Positions 1-13,328 of a stretch of 64,000 bases of DNA are shown here, piece by piece. The DNA is taken from assembly GCA_964016885.1 (NCBI GenBank), contig OZ024742.1, forward strand, positions 293,632,001 to 293,696,000, given 5' to 3'. The stretch's first letter is position 1, and every line of letters begins with the position of its first letter. Origin of the DNA: Eledone cirrhosa. Its lineage: Eukaryota. A program made the translations under genes and the position numbers. The notes beneath the pieces are model-generated. The model was not told the origin of the DNA, did no database searches, and saw only the letters and a list, made by a program, of their open reading frames with translations.

Positions 1-868
1 CACAGGAGATAATTTTTACAAGTGTGTAACCACACATAGCTAGGTAGGTAACTAAATAAAGTTGACCAGAACTTCAAAAATAGATACCTTATAATATGAT
101 TAATCTTCCCTGTATATATTCCATTAAAGAAATATATTTCACCAATTAATCGGATGGTAAACCACAGAAGTGGAGACTTGGATTTTCAACAAGGAAGAAG
201 TTCCAGCATCCGTGTTTACACTTCAAATTTAAATCAGCGACTGGCCAGCACCACGTGTAGTATTTACTAGAAATATACACATTAACTTAATTTTGGATAT
301 AGATATATAAATACGGCTCCTTAATTGTAGAGCTAACTCTGTTGAAAGGACTCGACTGTTGTTTCTAGTTGTCGATAACCCTATTCACGCCACTGGGACG
401 AAGCTAGTATGATGTGTGTATTTCTAGTAGATATAACACGTGGTGCTGGCCAGTCGCTGATTTGAATTTGAAGTGTAAACACAGATTGCTGGAACTTCTT
501 CCTTGTTGAAAATCCAAGTCTCCACTTCTGTGGTTTACCATCCGATTAATTGGTGAAATATATTTCTTTAATGGAATATATACAGGGAAGATTAATCATA
601 TTATAAGGTATCTATTTTTGAAGTTCTGGTCAACGTTATTTAGTTACCTACCTAGCTATGTGTGGTTACACACTTGTAAAAATTATCTCCTGTGATTATT
701 CATGTTTATTTATATGTTAATCAATCTCTAGTTATTATAAAATGCTCAGACCTACTCGTTAGAATCTTAGAGCTTATTTTGCGGGTGATATGGCGCATGT
801 CTTTCTGGCATGACACCCATAATTTTGATTTAGATTAAATTCGTTTGATTTATCTTAATTTTGGATAT

Positions 869-877
<9 letters not shown>
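1..877. repeat. Fold-back element: ~280-bp inverted arms (1-280 vs 413-694) plus a 24-bp direct repeat (286-309, 854-877), ending in (TA)n
   Basis: 1-34 cacaggagataatttttacaagtgtgtaaccaca is the reverse complement of 661-694, and the arms match almost throughout. cttaattttggatatagatatata occurs twice, 568 bp apart. The left arm may continue outside the window. Confidence 0.85.
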
Positions 878-912
<35 letters not shown>

Positions 913-1954
913 ATACACATGCACATATATATATACACACACATAATCACAAACAGATATATATATATATACATGCATATACACATGCACACACATAATC
1001 ACAAACAGATATATACAAATATATATATATGTGGACATACACAGAAATACACCCACAAACAAACTTATACACACACATACATGTTTTTTAAAGAAAAAAA
1101 AACACTTCATGGACACACATCTTTTGATTTAGAAGAGAAATTTAGTTAATAATTGCTGTGATGGCATCCATCCTCTCAAGAAAGCTTGTGTAGTGTGCTT
1201 TACATGTGAGTAGGGTTACACTGAAGCAGGTGGCAAAGTTCAAGTATCTCAGGGCTGCTTTCACAAGTGATGGAAGACAGAAGGCTGAATTAAATGCAAG
1301 AATTGCTGGAGTTGGTGTACCAGCTTCACCACTTCACACATTTTCTAAATTTTCAAACCTGCCTCTCTCTTAATTTTTTTTATTTTTATAAAGTTTGATT
1401 TTTTTTTTAAATATCTAAATGGCAAATTTCAAATTTCTGGAGTAAATACAGTAATTAAAAGTCTACTCCTTCCCCTCTCTCTTTATCTCTATGATTCCTC
1501 CTCTTTCTTTCTGTCTTCTCTCTCCTTCTGATAACCTGAACATTTTAATCACTAGTATATTTCATTATATATGAAAGTATCAAATTAATTAGATATGTAA
1601 TTACTCTGTATTTTATCTTCATATTTTCATGGTTTTTAGTAGTATCTCGATCTCCTCACCACCACCACCATACACCACCACCTTTACCAACAACAACAAC
1701 ACCACCATACACCAAATCACAAACTGCTGACACCAGTCATACTAATATAATTTTTCATGAAATACACTATTCCAATTTAATGTTGAAGAGATTGGATGAA
1801 TTTATTAGAATTATTCATTTACTAAGATGAGTAACTTAAATGGTTTTTATATAAAATCATATTGGAAAATTTGAATTTAAATAGGGTCCCATAAAATGGG
1901 TGGTTTTGTTTAGTAGAAGGTGAGCTTGTTTTAACCAGGCTGGTATCAAAAGCA

Positions 1955-2351
1955 TTAAACCTTTAGCATTCACATTACTCTATAGTGGATTGGCAGTATC
2001 GGTAGAGGGTCGGACGCCATGCTTTCCAGCATAGTTACGTCCCTTTACGATCTGAGTTCAAATCCTGCCGAGGTTGACTTTGCCTTTCATCCTTACGGGG
2101 TCGATAAAATAAAGTACCAGTAATGCACTGGGATAATTGCTGGCCTTGTGCCTAAAGTAGAAACAATTACTCTATATTTACTATTATATTTTCACGATAA
2201 AAGCTTTACCTCTCATAATTATCTCACATAATATCGAATCTATGAGATTTTGATATTATTTATTTTGAGAACAATACCTTAACATCAGTATGAGTGGTTG
2301 GTTACAACTGATTTGAACAGAGAGAGGTGAGAGAATCCTGGCTGGGTTAAA
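1955..2351 (-). mobile_element. piggyBac-type MITE family A (partial), interrupted by a SINE
   Basis: TTAAacctttagcatt terminus; body matches the intact copies at 13329, 16708, 26870, 35223 and 37740. Confidence 0.75.
1985..2165 (+). mobile_element. tRNA-derived SINE family 1, young copy with 11-bp TSD
   Basis: A-box-like tggcagtatcggt, B-box gagttcaaatcc, conserved core gcctttcatcc..ggggtcgataaa..agtaccag. TSD attactctata at 1974-1984 and 2166-2176. Confidence 0.85.
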
Positions 2352-3070
2352 CTGATGTTGGAAACGTAATGAAGGTTCTTACATAAAATTATATTGGAAG
2401 GTTTTTAGATAAATATAAATATTTGAAAACAAACAGTCTTGCACTAGGGACATTTTCAAGAGCTTTGGTATCAAGAGACTTAATACAGAAATTGAGATGG
2501 TTTTTAAAATAAAAAAATATCAACTTGAAAATTTCAGTATTTTTCATTATTGTACAAACTTTGTCGGTGTCTGCTTCTATCTTTTAGTATTCACATTCCT
2601 TTAGAAAGAAAGTAACTTTATATTCTAGACAAGATGGCAGATTTTTTTCCCCACAGATGACAATATTCAAAGAATTTTCATATTTATTGGAAAATAATTA
2701 AAATCATGTGTAAATATTCAGAGAAGTCTGTAGTTCAATGTTTGTTTGTTTTTAATCAATATATGAATTTTTCTTTTTTTAATTGCTACATGTAAGTTAG
2801 CTCCAGTTACAGTTCAACTATTTTGAGGGAGGAGTGTACAGTGGGGTACTGGTGGTGGAGGTGACAACATGATGAGTGATGGTAGCTGTTAGTTGAAGTA
2901 GGAGGCCAAGGAAATTTTAGACTGTTTATGGTCCAATTTCAAGAGAACATTTACCCAAATTTAAGAGAAAGAATTTACTCAAACTGTGTCTGACACCTCC
3001 TCCCATTTTGAAGAGGAAATGATTAAACAAGTAGAAACATATAAAGATGATAAATGATGTTAACATTTTA

Positions 3071-3267
3071 GGTGCAGGCATAGCTGTGTGGTTAAGGGGT
3101 TCACTTCTCATCTACATGGTTTTGGGTTCACTCCCATTGAGTGGCACTATAGTCAAGTGTCTTCTTCTATAGTTTCATAATAACCAATGCTTTGGGAGGT
3201 GCAATTGTGCAATGTCAGATTTTATCACAAAGTCTTCCTAGGTCTACCTACTCCATAGCTGCCATCA

Positions 3268-3325
<58 letters not shown>

Positions 3326-3550
3326 TGTGTGTGTATGTGTATGTGTGTGTGTATCATGTTTGTGTGTGCCCATTAATGTGTTTATGTTTATTATTTATTT
3401 ATACTTCTGTAACCTAATGGTTAAAAAAAACAGATTGATAAGATAAGAACCAGACTTGAAAAAATAAATACTGACATCAATATGATCCATTAAATCTATT
3501 CATGGTGGTGCCCTAGCATTGCTGCAGTCTAATGACTAGTAGAAAAAAGA
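3071..3550 (+). mobile_element. tRNA-derived SINE family 2 with internal (CA)/(TG) microsatellite
   Basis: ggtgcaggcatagctgtgtggttaag head, gggttcactccc B-box-like motif, caagtgtcttct..tatag core. Related copies near 15505, 17460(-), 22040, 35070(-), 36340, 38880(-) and 48115. Confidence 0.65.
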
Positions 3551-3879
3551 AATAAACATTTGTTTTTTAATAAAATGTTTATATTTGAAAAAAAATTGTA
3601 ACATTTAAGTTAGCTGCAGTTACACTGCACCACCACCACCACCACCCAATCAAAATAGTTGAAGTGTAATTTATTTTTTTCAAGACTGATATTTATCTTA
3701 TAAATCTCTATTCATTGAACCATGACATCATAAAAATTGATGATTGCAAAAGATATTTGTGGTGGTCCACTTTCAAGAGAACATTTATCCAAATTCTAGA
3801 GAAATAATTTAGCAGAACTTTTTTTTTTTTTTGCCCCTTGGTTTCTGTCATTAAACTGCAGCCATACTGAGGCACCACC

Positions 3880-4329
3880 TTAACTCTTTAGTTACCAACC
3901 CGGCCAAAACCAGCTCTGGTTCTATCAAATATGACCAACCATTAAATATTTTTTTCAATTTAAATTAAAATCTTTCAACATAATTCTATATAGGAACCCT
4001 ATATTAAGTTACTATCTTACAAATGAAATAATTAATAATTGTTTCTACTTTTGGCACAAGGCCAGCAATTACCCAGTGCATTACTGGTGCTTTATTTTAT
4101 CGACCCCATAAGGATAAAAGGCAAAGTTAACCTCGGCGGGATTTGAACTCAGAACGTAAAGGGCCATAACTCTATACTACAAAGCAAGGTGTCTGACACT
4201 CTACCGATACAGCCAATCCACCGCCCTTAATGAAATAATTAATAATGATAGTAAATCTCTCAAAATTCTTCATTAATTAACTAAAAAAAAGAGTGTATTT
4301 CATTAGAAATGTGGTCATGAAAGGGTTAA
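3880..4329 (+). mobile_element. piggyBac-type MITE family B containing a SINE1 insertion (4040-4228, minus) with 18-bp TSD
   Basis: ttaactctttt...gaaagggttaa termini; TSD aatgaaataattaataat at 4022-4039 and 4229-4246. Related bodies at ~1730-1957(-), 32605-33034, 33430-33670, 43010-43195, 59575-59940 and 61370-61760. Confidence 0.75.
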
Positions 4330-5950
4330 AGAGATTTAGACAGTCATATATACCCAAGTGCTTATTTTTTCAAGTCTGATACTCATTTTATCTTTTTGTT
4401 GAACCACTAAGTTGCAGGTTATAAACACACATGCGCGCACGATAGACTTCAGTAATTTCCATCATATTTTACTCACTCACAAGGCATTAGTCAATTTGGG
4501 CTGGGCTGGGTGTATTATATCATGGCATCAATATTTCCACTTTACTAAGTAAGCTGGATGCATTTTATTGTTGCACCAGCACAGACTGGCAACTCAAGCT
4601 AGCTGTGGACAAGTGTACCACCATGCATTTTGGGAGTAAAAACCCTTACCTTACAGTGTGGGCTGGGTGCATTTTCTCATGGCACCAATACTTCCACTTT
4701 AAGTAGGTTGGATGCATGTTATTATTGCACCAACACCTTACAGTGTGAGCTGGGTATATTTTATCATAGCACCAATACTGCCACTTTATGGTGGCAAAAA
4801 GAAAGGGGTGACAAAGACAATAACTTATTTTCCTTCATAGAAATTAGAGTTACCCAAATTCATTGTTCAGACCCAAATCTTTAGACAACAGTTTAGCTTC
4901 TTATATGATTATAAAATATTTTCTTTTCTTTGTTTGTTATCTTTACTACAGACCTTCTTGAAAGACTGAAGGGAATAACACTACCTTTCTCTCCACTTGA
5001 CTGATATATTGTGAATTATAGCTGAAGTAGGTGAGGGGAACAATATTTCAACACCTCCTTACCATGTCTTTACATATCTTAAGATACTTAGGAGAGAAAA
5101 TAATTTCGCCAGAGATAGATTAGCAAAATTTAATAAGAGCGACAAATTAATGGGTGTGGGTTATTTGAGACCCGATAGTATTTCTTTGTATTTTGATTTT
5201 TAATTTGTACCTTGTAATTTTAATTGGCCTTAGGGCTGTAGTAACTAATGGCTAGGTCCCTAGGCTTTCACATATTTCAGGCTCCGTCTAACACTTAAAT
5301 CTTTCACATAACAGCCATAATGATTGACAGACTCCTAAAGGCGCTAGGCTTCAGCATAGCAAGCCTTATGAATAATGTGACTCTAGCTCCCCACCACCTA
5401 CAAATTTGCATCTCATAGGAGGTTTCTCAGGCGTATTAACAATAGGGACCCCGGTCCTATCATACATCCTTCATATCTCTAACTAAAAGGTATTTGAAAA
5501 GTTTGTTTGATAAGACTAAGAAGTAATTAAAATTGACTTTGAATATTTTTATATATTAATTAGTTATACTAACAAGATGGTTGGATAGCATTCATGAGCT
5601 TGGCTGGTCTCACTTGGTGATCCAACCAGATTAGTTGGAAACAGTTGCTTCTGTCAAGACCTGCTGGAAGAAACGTTTGAGGACTCTACCCCAACAATTC
5701 TCTCAGGACATAAGTGAGCAGAGAGAATTTCTGAAATAGTTTACAGTGAGTTTTCATCTAAACATATTTCAGCAACATATGGAGACCTATAACAATAATA
5801 ACAATAATGAAATTATTGTGTAAAGTCCTCAGGCGCACCACAACTCGTCAAAAGTGCATGTATAGTACATAGAACAACATACAAATGTCAGGGAAGTGAA
5901 TAGTGTATGAGTCATGATATACATGTGTGTATGTGTATGGAGGGGGAATA

Positions 5951-7189
5951 TTAGGTGTAATGTTGGAGAATCTCAGGAAGCATGGAGGTTTTAAAGGATG
6001 TAGTGTTCCATGCTTCAGCAACTCTGAACATGAAAAAACGTTTCCAAAAGTCATGGGAACTGTGCTGTTTTCTGACTTTGTGAGCATGCCCACGTGTGTT
6101 AGACACATGGAAATCAAAAAGGTACTCAGGGTTGTTATTGGCAAGATGGTTAATAATTTTGTGGATGTTTACCGAGTCAGTTGCCAGACGTCGGAGCTTC
6201 AATGTATCCATGCCCAGGGAAGCAAGGCGTTCAGAGTATGGTAGATGCCTGATGGAGGGTATTCGCTTGGCTGCACGTCTCTGAACAGTTTCTAGGCGGT
6301 CAATGTTCTGAGCAAGATAGGGGTTCCAGACTGGCCGCACCATAGCCATGTACAGCTTTAAATAGATAGCTGGAGAGCAGCTGACAAAGGTCTTGCTGAG
6401 TGATGCTAAGACACCCTCGGCCTTCTTGACAATTTTAGAGACGTGCTTCGTCCAACGCAAATCGTTGCTGACCATAATGCCCAGGTCACGTTCACAAGAA
6501 GACTTCTTGATATTAGTGTTGTGGAGGGAGTATGTGGACGCTGGGTTTTTACTCCCAAAATGCATGGTGGTGCACTTGTCCACAGCTAGCTTGAGTTGCC
6601 AGTCTGTGATCCATTGTTGCATTGTGTCCAGGTCAGACTGCAAGCAATGTCTATAGTGTTCAGGATCTGCCCTTTTTATCTCAAGGTACAGCTTGATGTC
6701 ATCTGCATATTTCAGTACTGTGGCATTCTTTAAGTTGGCATCTATATCATTAATATATGCCACAAACAAAAGGGGGCCAAGAACAGATCCCTGTGGTACA
6801 CCAGATGACATCTCATATGGTGAGGAATGCTGTCCTAGAACCGTGACTATCTCTCTTCGACTGAGAATGAAGGATTTCAACCAATTAAAAAGATCATCCT
6901 TCACACCCATTGCAGAGAGTTTTGCCATAAGCCTTTTGTGTGGCACAGAATTGAAAGCTTTAGCAAAGTCAAGGTAAACAACATCCACCCATGAGCCGCC
7001 ATCAGTGATCCGGGTGATGTCTTCAAGAAACTCGATAAGTTGATCACAGCAGCTGGAGTTAGGGATAAATCCAAATTGCGAGGGCCAGATAAGACTGTGA
7101 GAGTTCCAGAAGTTCCAAAGTGTTTCTCTGACACAGGATTCCATCAGTTTGGCAATGCAACTAGTAAGACTGACTGGACGATAGTTCAC
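5951..7189 (-). pseudogene. LINE ORF2 reverse transcriptase domain
   Basis: QFGF, LDFAKAFNSVPH, SGVPQGSVLGPLLFVAYIND, KYADD motifs; separated from the upstream ORF2 part by a stop. Confidence 0.93.
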
Positions 7190-7822
7190 AGGTGATGTGC
7201 GGTCACCCTTTTTGAACAGAGGAATGACACTGTCAGTTTTCTACTGTTCTGGAGTAGCACCGTTGTTCAGACAGAATTGAAAGTAGCATGATAGCTGGTG
7301 CAGTAGGAAGTACCCACCACATTTGAGAAGCAGGTACGTAACACCATCAAGACCAGGAGAGGCATGGTTGCGTTTATTTTTAAGGTGATGTCGCAGCATT
7401 GCAGGTGTAAATTCCATGGTTGTAATAGAGTCCGGTGTCATAGGTGGTGGAGATGGTACACTCTGGTCTTCAATAGTGAAAATGCCTGCATAACATTCAG
7501 CAATGAGCTCTGCACATTCCTTGGGGTCGTGAGGAACTTGGCTTGTGTGGGGATTGCGAAGCAGACCAACTGGAGAGTGAGGCCTCCGCTTTGAGTGAAC
7601 ATACTTCCAGAACACCTTACTGTCAGGGCTGGTTGCTATGCGCTGCTCAAATTGAAGCACTGCTTTTTTGTCACCTGTTTGAGATGGTTGGATGATTTTC
7701 GCCTCTTCCTATTGATATCTGATTTATGCAGTTTGTACTCACGTTCAGCATTACAATGTTCTTTTCTGGCAAGACGGACTGCTGCAGTCTCCTAAATTGC
7801 ACTTTTGGGATGTTTTTTCTGC

Positions 7823-8638
7823 TTACGTGGCACCGATGCTGCACATGCTGTCCATATTGAGCTCAGGATATTCTGGAGTACAGTTGACATCTCCAGAGTC
7901 GTAGAACTCAAGCCAGTTTGAACATTGCAACTCGGTGCAGTAACAGTTCCAGTCTGCTTTATTCCAGTCACAGTTCCAGTCTGCTTTATTCCAGTCAAAG
8001 TGAGCAGTTTGGAGATGGTTGTGGTTTTTGTTACTGCCCATGAGGGATAGATTGGCAATGATCATAGCATGATCAGAGTCACCTAAAGGTTCCTCAGCAG
8101 TAACACTAATAACCGTTTCAGGAGTAGTGGTGAAGAGTAGGTCCAAAGTGTTGTCACCTCTTGTTGGGGAAGTGACTACTTGGGACCAATTCGAGTCCAG
8201 CACTAGCTCAAGGAAGTCATGGCTTTCCCAGTCAATCTCAGGGTGAATGAAGTCCCCTGCAATAAAAACATAAGTGGCTGTTTTCCTGGCAGCAACTCTG
8301 AGGATATCACAAAGTTGAGTGTCCTGATGGTAATTTGGGGGACGGTAAACGACTCCAAGTAGCAGTGTTGAAATAGCCATACATATATCGCAGAAAAATA
8401 CTTCCTGCTGTGATTGGTTCAAATCAACACAAGGAATTGCCGACAAATTTGACCGAACGTAGACCATTGCACCACCACCACCACGATTAATGTGGTCTTT
8501 ACGAAACAAGTTGTAGCCAGTTATGCTGAAAACCCCATGACAGAGTAAGGAATGTGCCCAAGTTTCCGTGACTGTAATGAAGTTAGGGTTGATACTTTTG
8601 ACGTAGGAGTCAAATCTTATTGCATAGACTACGTGCAT
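7823..8638 (-). pseudogene. LINE ORF2 apurinic-like endonuclease domain
   Basis: ETW, RKD..RGGGG, YRPP, AGDF, TR..NTLDL and SDH motifs; in-frame 27-bp tandem duplication at ~7943-7997. Confidence 0.9.
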
Positions 8639-8725
8639 TCAAGGACAACAATTTGTACCTTGATTCCAGTCTATGATTATGTGCAGGAGATGGCAGGTTG
8701 TTCTGATTTAGTTTCCCAGAGTTTT

Positions 8726-9994
8726 TTAAGTTTTTTTATTGTCAGTTGTTGTGGGTACAGTGTTTTCAGACCAGCTGGTATCTTTTTTCCATGTTTCACC
8801 AACCTTAACAAACTTCCATATCTGCCCATCATCATGTAGGCTGAAGCTTTCATGTTCTGCCGAACTGCGGTTTAAGGAAGCTGCAGCACGCAGCTTTGGG
8901 CGGACATCTGGTGGAAGACCAGGGCGTGTTCGAAAAGCAATCCGACTTTCACGCCTAGCTTTATCAGAGGCTACAAGGTATGAACGTACCTCAGTTGAGT
9001 TCGAAAAAGGCAATCTAATTAGCCTGGGTTTCGGACCTGGTCGGCCAAGGCATAGAGCACCCTTCATGGGAACACAGCCCAAGTCTTTGGATGAACTGGC
9101 AGCAAATGCCTGAAGATCAACTATGTCTTCTGGTACACCAATGGCAATCACTTTGTGGTTAGCAGATTCAGTGGCATTCTCAATGCGTCTAGGTTCAACA
9201 AGAGGTACGCGGAAATTTTTTTAACAAGGCACTCCGGTAAGATCCCTCATTGTGAGGTTCTACACGAATGCTTGAAGCTATTTCTCAGCTTAAAGCGGAA
9301 ATCATTTGCTATATTTCCTCAAACTCCGTATTGATGGTCAATTTTTGTTGTTGTTCTTCTCCTTCAACAGGCATGGTAGGGGAAGACACAGTCGTCGGTT
9401 GTTGTTGTTGAAAAGTAACGGGGGAGGAAGACATGGGTTGCTGTTGTTGATGAAGTCCTTCAACGGGGGTCGTAGTAGAAGCTACGGTCGTTGGTTTTTT
9501 GGTTTTTGCTGTTGTTCAGGAACAATGGTAGAGGAAGACATGATCTTCAGTTTTTGTTGTTGTTGTTCAGCAGCAATGGTAGAAGCAGACATACAAGCCA
9601 GGCACTGAAAGGACCAATTTGTGAGCTGGACCATTTCCCACAGCCCATCCATCATAGAAGTATGGTGTCTCTTTTTCTGACCCGGGATCTTTCGAAAGTT
9701 TGTGGCACATTGAAGGCAAACAGAAACACAACATTTGCCACATTCGACCCATCGATTTCGGAAGGAGTTCTCTGGTTCTGTACATAGATGACAGACGTGA
9801 TTTTCTGGGCAATGTTCTATTTTGGCACATTGCCCAGTTTTATTGCACACTTCATCCATGGATGTCACAATAATTATTTTGTCCTGCCTGTCCATCCGTA
9901 TAGTAAATGTAAATGTAAACAAATAAATATGCTGCGTAAGTTTAGCACATTTGTTAACGAGATAAATGTTTGTTATTTGGAGCAGTGAAAACAA
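8726..9994 (-). pseudogene. LINE ORF1 remnants (PHD-like zinc finger, Gln-rich linker, RRM-like C-terminus)
   Basis: CHLC..CGKC..CLQC..CLAC spacing; GRPGPKPRLIRLPF...RPGLP.DVR; lies immediately upstream of the APE. Confidence 0.65.
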
Positions 9995-10089
9995 TTACAT
10001 GCAAAAACAAAACCACGTTCATTGATTTCTTCTAATAGGGAAACTTACATTCACTATCACTTAGAACTCCAGCTAAAACAAACTTTCCA

Positions 10090-11128
10090 GTTGTTGTCTT
10101 CCTGTTTCTTCTACAACAACTACAACGGTACGCAATGGGGCCCACCCACAGCCCCGGCGGACAGAATGGAGAAGGCGTTTCCCCAGAGGACGGCAAGGGA
10201 GACATGCTGGAAAAGCCACTCCAACTCACAAGGCTCACACCTGCGGCTGGCCAGCTCAGCGCCTATGGTAGTGAATAAGGAGGTAGCCCTGGCCGAGGAC
10301 ACCAGAAGTCTCCACTGCCGGGGTACGACCACAAACCTGTCGGAGAGCGACCGGTATTTGAGGAGTTTGGCTCCCTCAGCCCGACGTGAAGCAGAACCTG
10401 GGTCAGTCGCAGGTTGCAGCTGCAGAAAGTGTCAATGCAAGTGGCATCCCAGACGAGGGGTTTGCCACCGCGGATCGGGAAGATGGTCATGCCATCTGGC
10501 CTTTTGCCATCCCCTCAATCCAGCCCCACCGGCTCGAGCTGGGAAGGGAAGCCTGCAGCATCCAAGCCATGCTTAATGACCTCGTTGAGGGCAGCATGGC
10601 GTGGAATGCGGCCGACACTGCGGCAACAGGAAAGCGGGTGGAGGCCAAAAGCGTCCATGGTGTAACTGCAGCAACATTGGTGTGGCTGGCAGATCCGGAG
10701 GCCGAGCCTCAGGGAAATGCCAATGTGCAGACTATGGTTATCTAGCTGCGTGCCAGTGGAGAAGGAGGGCAGGGCATGGAGCCAGGCACCACTGTGGGGT
10801 TTGAAGGCCGCACGAAAACAAGCAAGGTGGTGCTGGTTGAGCTGGCGCATGAGCCTGTCTGAGGCCAGGCTGCACTGGATGGCATCCCAAGTGCATTGGG
10901 AGGACTTGACGTCAATAGGGGGAGAAGGAGGAGGGTCGTCTACTGGGCTAAGTCCCAGCCGGTCCCACGTCTCACAGGCGGCCTCACATTCTCTGAACAC
11001 AGAGGGTTCTGTTGTGTTTTGAAGAACCCTGCTGACGAGGATGCAGCACGAGGTTACCAACGAAAGATACGCCGGCAAAGCTAGTGAGATTGGGGACCGG
11101 AGGCCAAGGCCGCCATACCTGACAGGTA
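10090..11128 (-). mobile_element. 5'-truncated CRE-clade non-LTR retrotransposon (restriction-like endonuclease C-terminus)
   Basis: PVRYGGLGL (RT thumb), GAWLHALP, CCHC knuckle (CCC...HPLSC), RHAALNEVI, frameshifted KRPDGMT...LVWDATC, WLFQHVSLAVLWGNA. Confidence 0.85.
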
Positions 11129-12241
11129 AAATGACCTGTTACCACCCTATGTCGTCTATGTTTTGTTTTTGTATTTCTGTTTCTGTTTTCCTATGTATTA
11201 TGTGTGTGTGTATGCAAAAAGATCTGCACACGAATATATAATTATATATATATATAATTAAAATGTGTATGTGGGTTAGAAGCGAAGTCAATGTTCAGAA
11301 AGATTTTACAAATGTACGTAAGATTGGCCGGTATAGTGTCTCACACGAAATAGTGTGGTTTCTTTTCACTTGTGTGTATATGCGTGTGGTATGCATCTGT
11401 ATATAAATCTGTGTGTATATTGTTGTTTATAGATTTTGTGAAGTACTTACTGCGATCCCTAAGGGATGTAGTGATTTTTTTTTTTCTCCATCCATGTCCA
11501 CACGTGGTTTGTTGGTGAAAATCAAATCAAATCAAATATACTTCATTAAAATAATTCTATGTTGAAGCTGGTACTAGAAGTCAGGGAACAGTCAAAGTAT
11601 TTATAATAATGAATATTGTAATCCATCTGACGTGTTTAAAGGGCAGTTTTTGGTGAAAATATTATATTTTGTTTGGTCAAGACGTGGTCAAACGTCCTTC
11701 CTTGTCACCATTTTGCACCTGGAGCTTCAAAAAAATGATCATTTTGTTTATTATTAACCACACCTATGGAAATGAAATGTTTTTAATTTAATTTACATCT
11801 ACACTTCTTTTTTTTAAATTACTGGCTTGACCTTCAGTCGTCATTAGTAGCTTTATTTCTGGATATGTAGAGATTGGATTTGAACTAAAAATTTTTAATT
11901 TTAAACTAAAGATAATAAAGTTTTTTCTCCTGCGCAATTGAGAAGAAGAAAAAACTTACAAATACAGACACACTAACTTGCAAAGCTCATAAGTCTAAGC
12001 TAAATGTAAAAGGTAAGTCCTCAAAGTTGGTAATAGTCTGAGGCCATAAAATGTAGATGCTCAAAATTGGTATTAGGCCCAAACCAGACATCAAATGTAG
12101 GTGTTCAAAACTTATAATAGGACAAAGTCAGGTGTAAAATGTAAGTCTCCACAAAGCTGGTAATAGGCCTAAGCTATATGTAAAATGTAGGCAACCATTG
12201 CTCCTCATGCTCAGCTCTAGCTTGCATTCCCTGATATCAGA

Positions 12242-12543
<302 letters not shown>

Positions 12544-13328
12544 TCACAAGAACTGTAGTACTAATACTAATGTGGGTGTAGCTACATAAATTAACTGTTG
12601 AAATATGATCCCAGTAGAGAATCAAGCTGTGATATTGGAACCTAGATATTACTAGTAAGGCTTTTCTGCACAGTCATCATAATAATTCCCAACATTTAAA
12701 CTGGTGGAAAATTACAATTTCTTACAGAGATGCCTTCTCAAAGCGGGTTAAAACTGATACACAAAACTGACCCATTCACTGTGTTTTGTGTCAACTTACT
12801 AATACACTAAATACAGTATGAGTTATTAAGAAATAGTAATACTACTTAGTAAGATGATAGATGTCAACTTAGCACCCATAGGAGTGCAGGATTAAATACT
12901 TTGAAGTATTTGTTCCAGCTCAATTTTTGCCGAGTTCAACGTTTCCTTTCAACATTTTGAGGTTGAGAAAAAGTACCAGTCCACGACAGTGGATTAATGG
13001 AATCATTAGAGCGTTCAATGGTATGTCTTGTGAAATTTGTTCTCAATCTTTGCCTTCAGGATTCAAATTCCCGCTGAGGCCTACCTGGGTGGTAGACTTA
13101 CTCTGTAGCAAAGTTTAACACCACCAGCTGCTCCTTTGGTGCATTTAGTTGAGTTTTCTCTGTGTCAAACATTAAACCAAGTTTGTGATTTGAAGATGAT
13201 ACCTTTCTCCCTCTCTCCCACCTATGCCAGAAACCATAAAATGGGTTATGGGCTCAATCCTTCACTCTAACTAAACAGTAAAAGATAAAAAGAAAATGGG
13301 TAACACTGAGACACCCTATTTTCCTTCA

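Larger units (their letters stand above)
5791..9900 (-). mobile_element. Near-full-length CR1-type LINE (ORF1 with PHD-like finger; ORF2 APE endonuclease + RT), disrupted
   Basis: ORF order on the minus strand: 9482-9994 Cys-rich, 8726-9151 ORF1 C-terminus, 7823-8638 APE (ITVTETW, GGGAMVYV, YRPP, GDF, PTRGDNTLDLLF, SDH), 7241-7660 linker (SPGLDG), 5951-7189 RT (NYRPVSLTS, YLDFAKAF, GVPQGSVLGP, YADD, ERDLG). (ATT)n-type tail at ~5791-5808. The 5' boundary is uncertain. Confidence 0.92.

Noticed and set aside
850-1149. ORFs rich in YI/HT/CV/AR dipeptides (also 12128-12625, 17083-17685, 31548-31969, 35712-36602, 40507-40986, 63179-63755)
   Set aside because: They are translations of microsatellites, with no stop codons simply because of repeat composition.
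1985-2080. tRNA genes at SINE heads
   Set aside because: A/B-box similarity only; no cloverleaf, and the heads continue into SINE cores.
10022-11084. Several plus-strand ORFs over the GC-rich CRE region (likewise antisense ORFs over CR1, Penelope, Tx1 and RTE)
   Set aside because: They are antisense shadows of retroelement coding sequence with no independent motifs.
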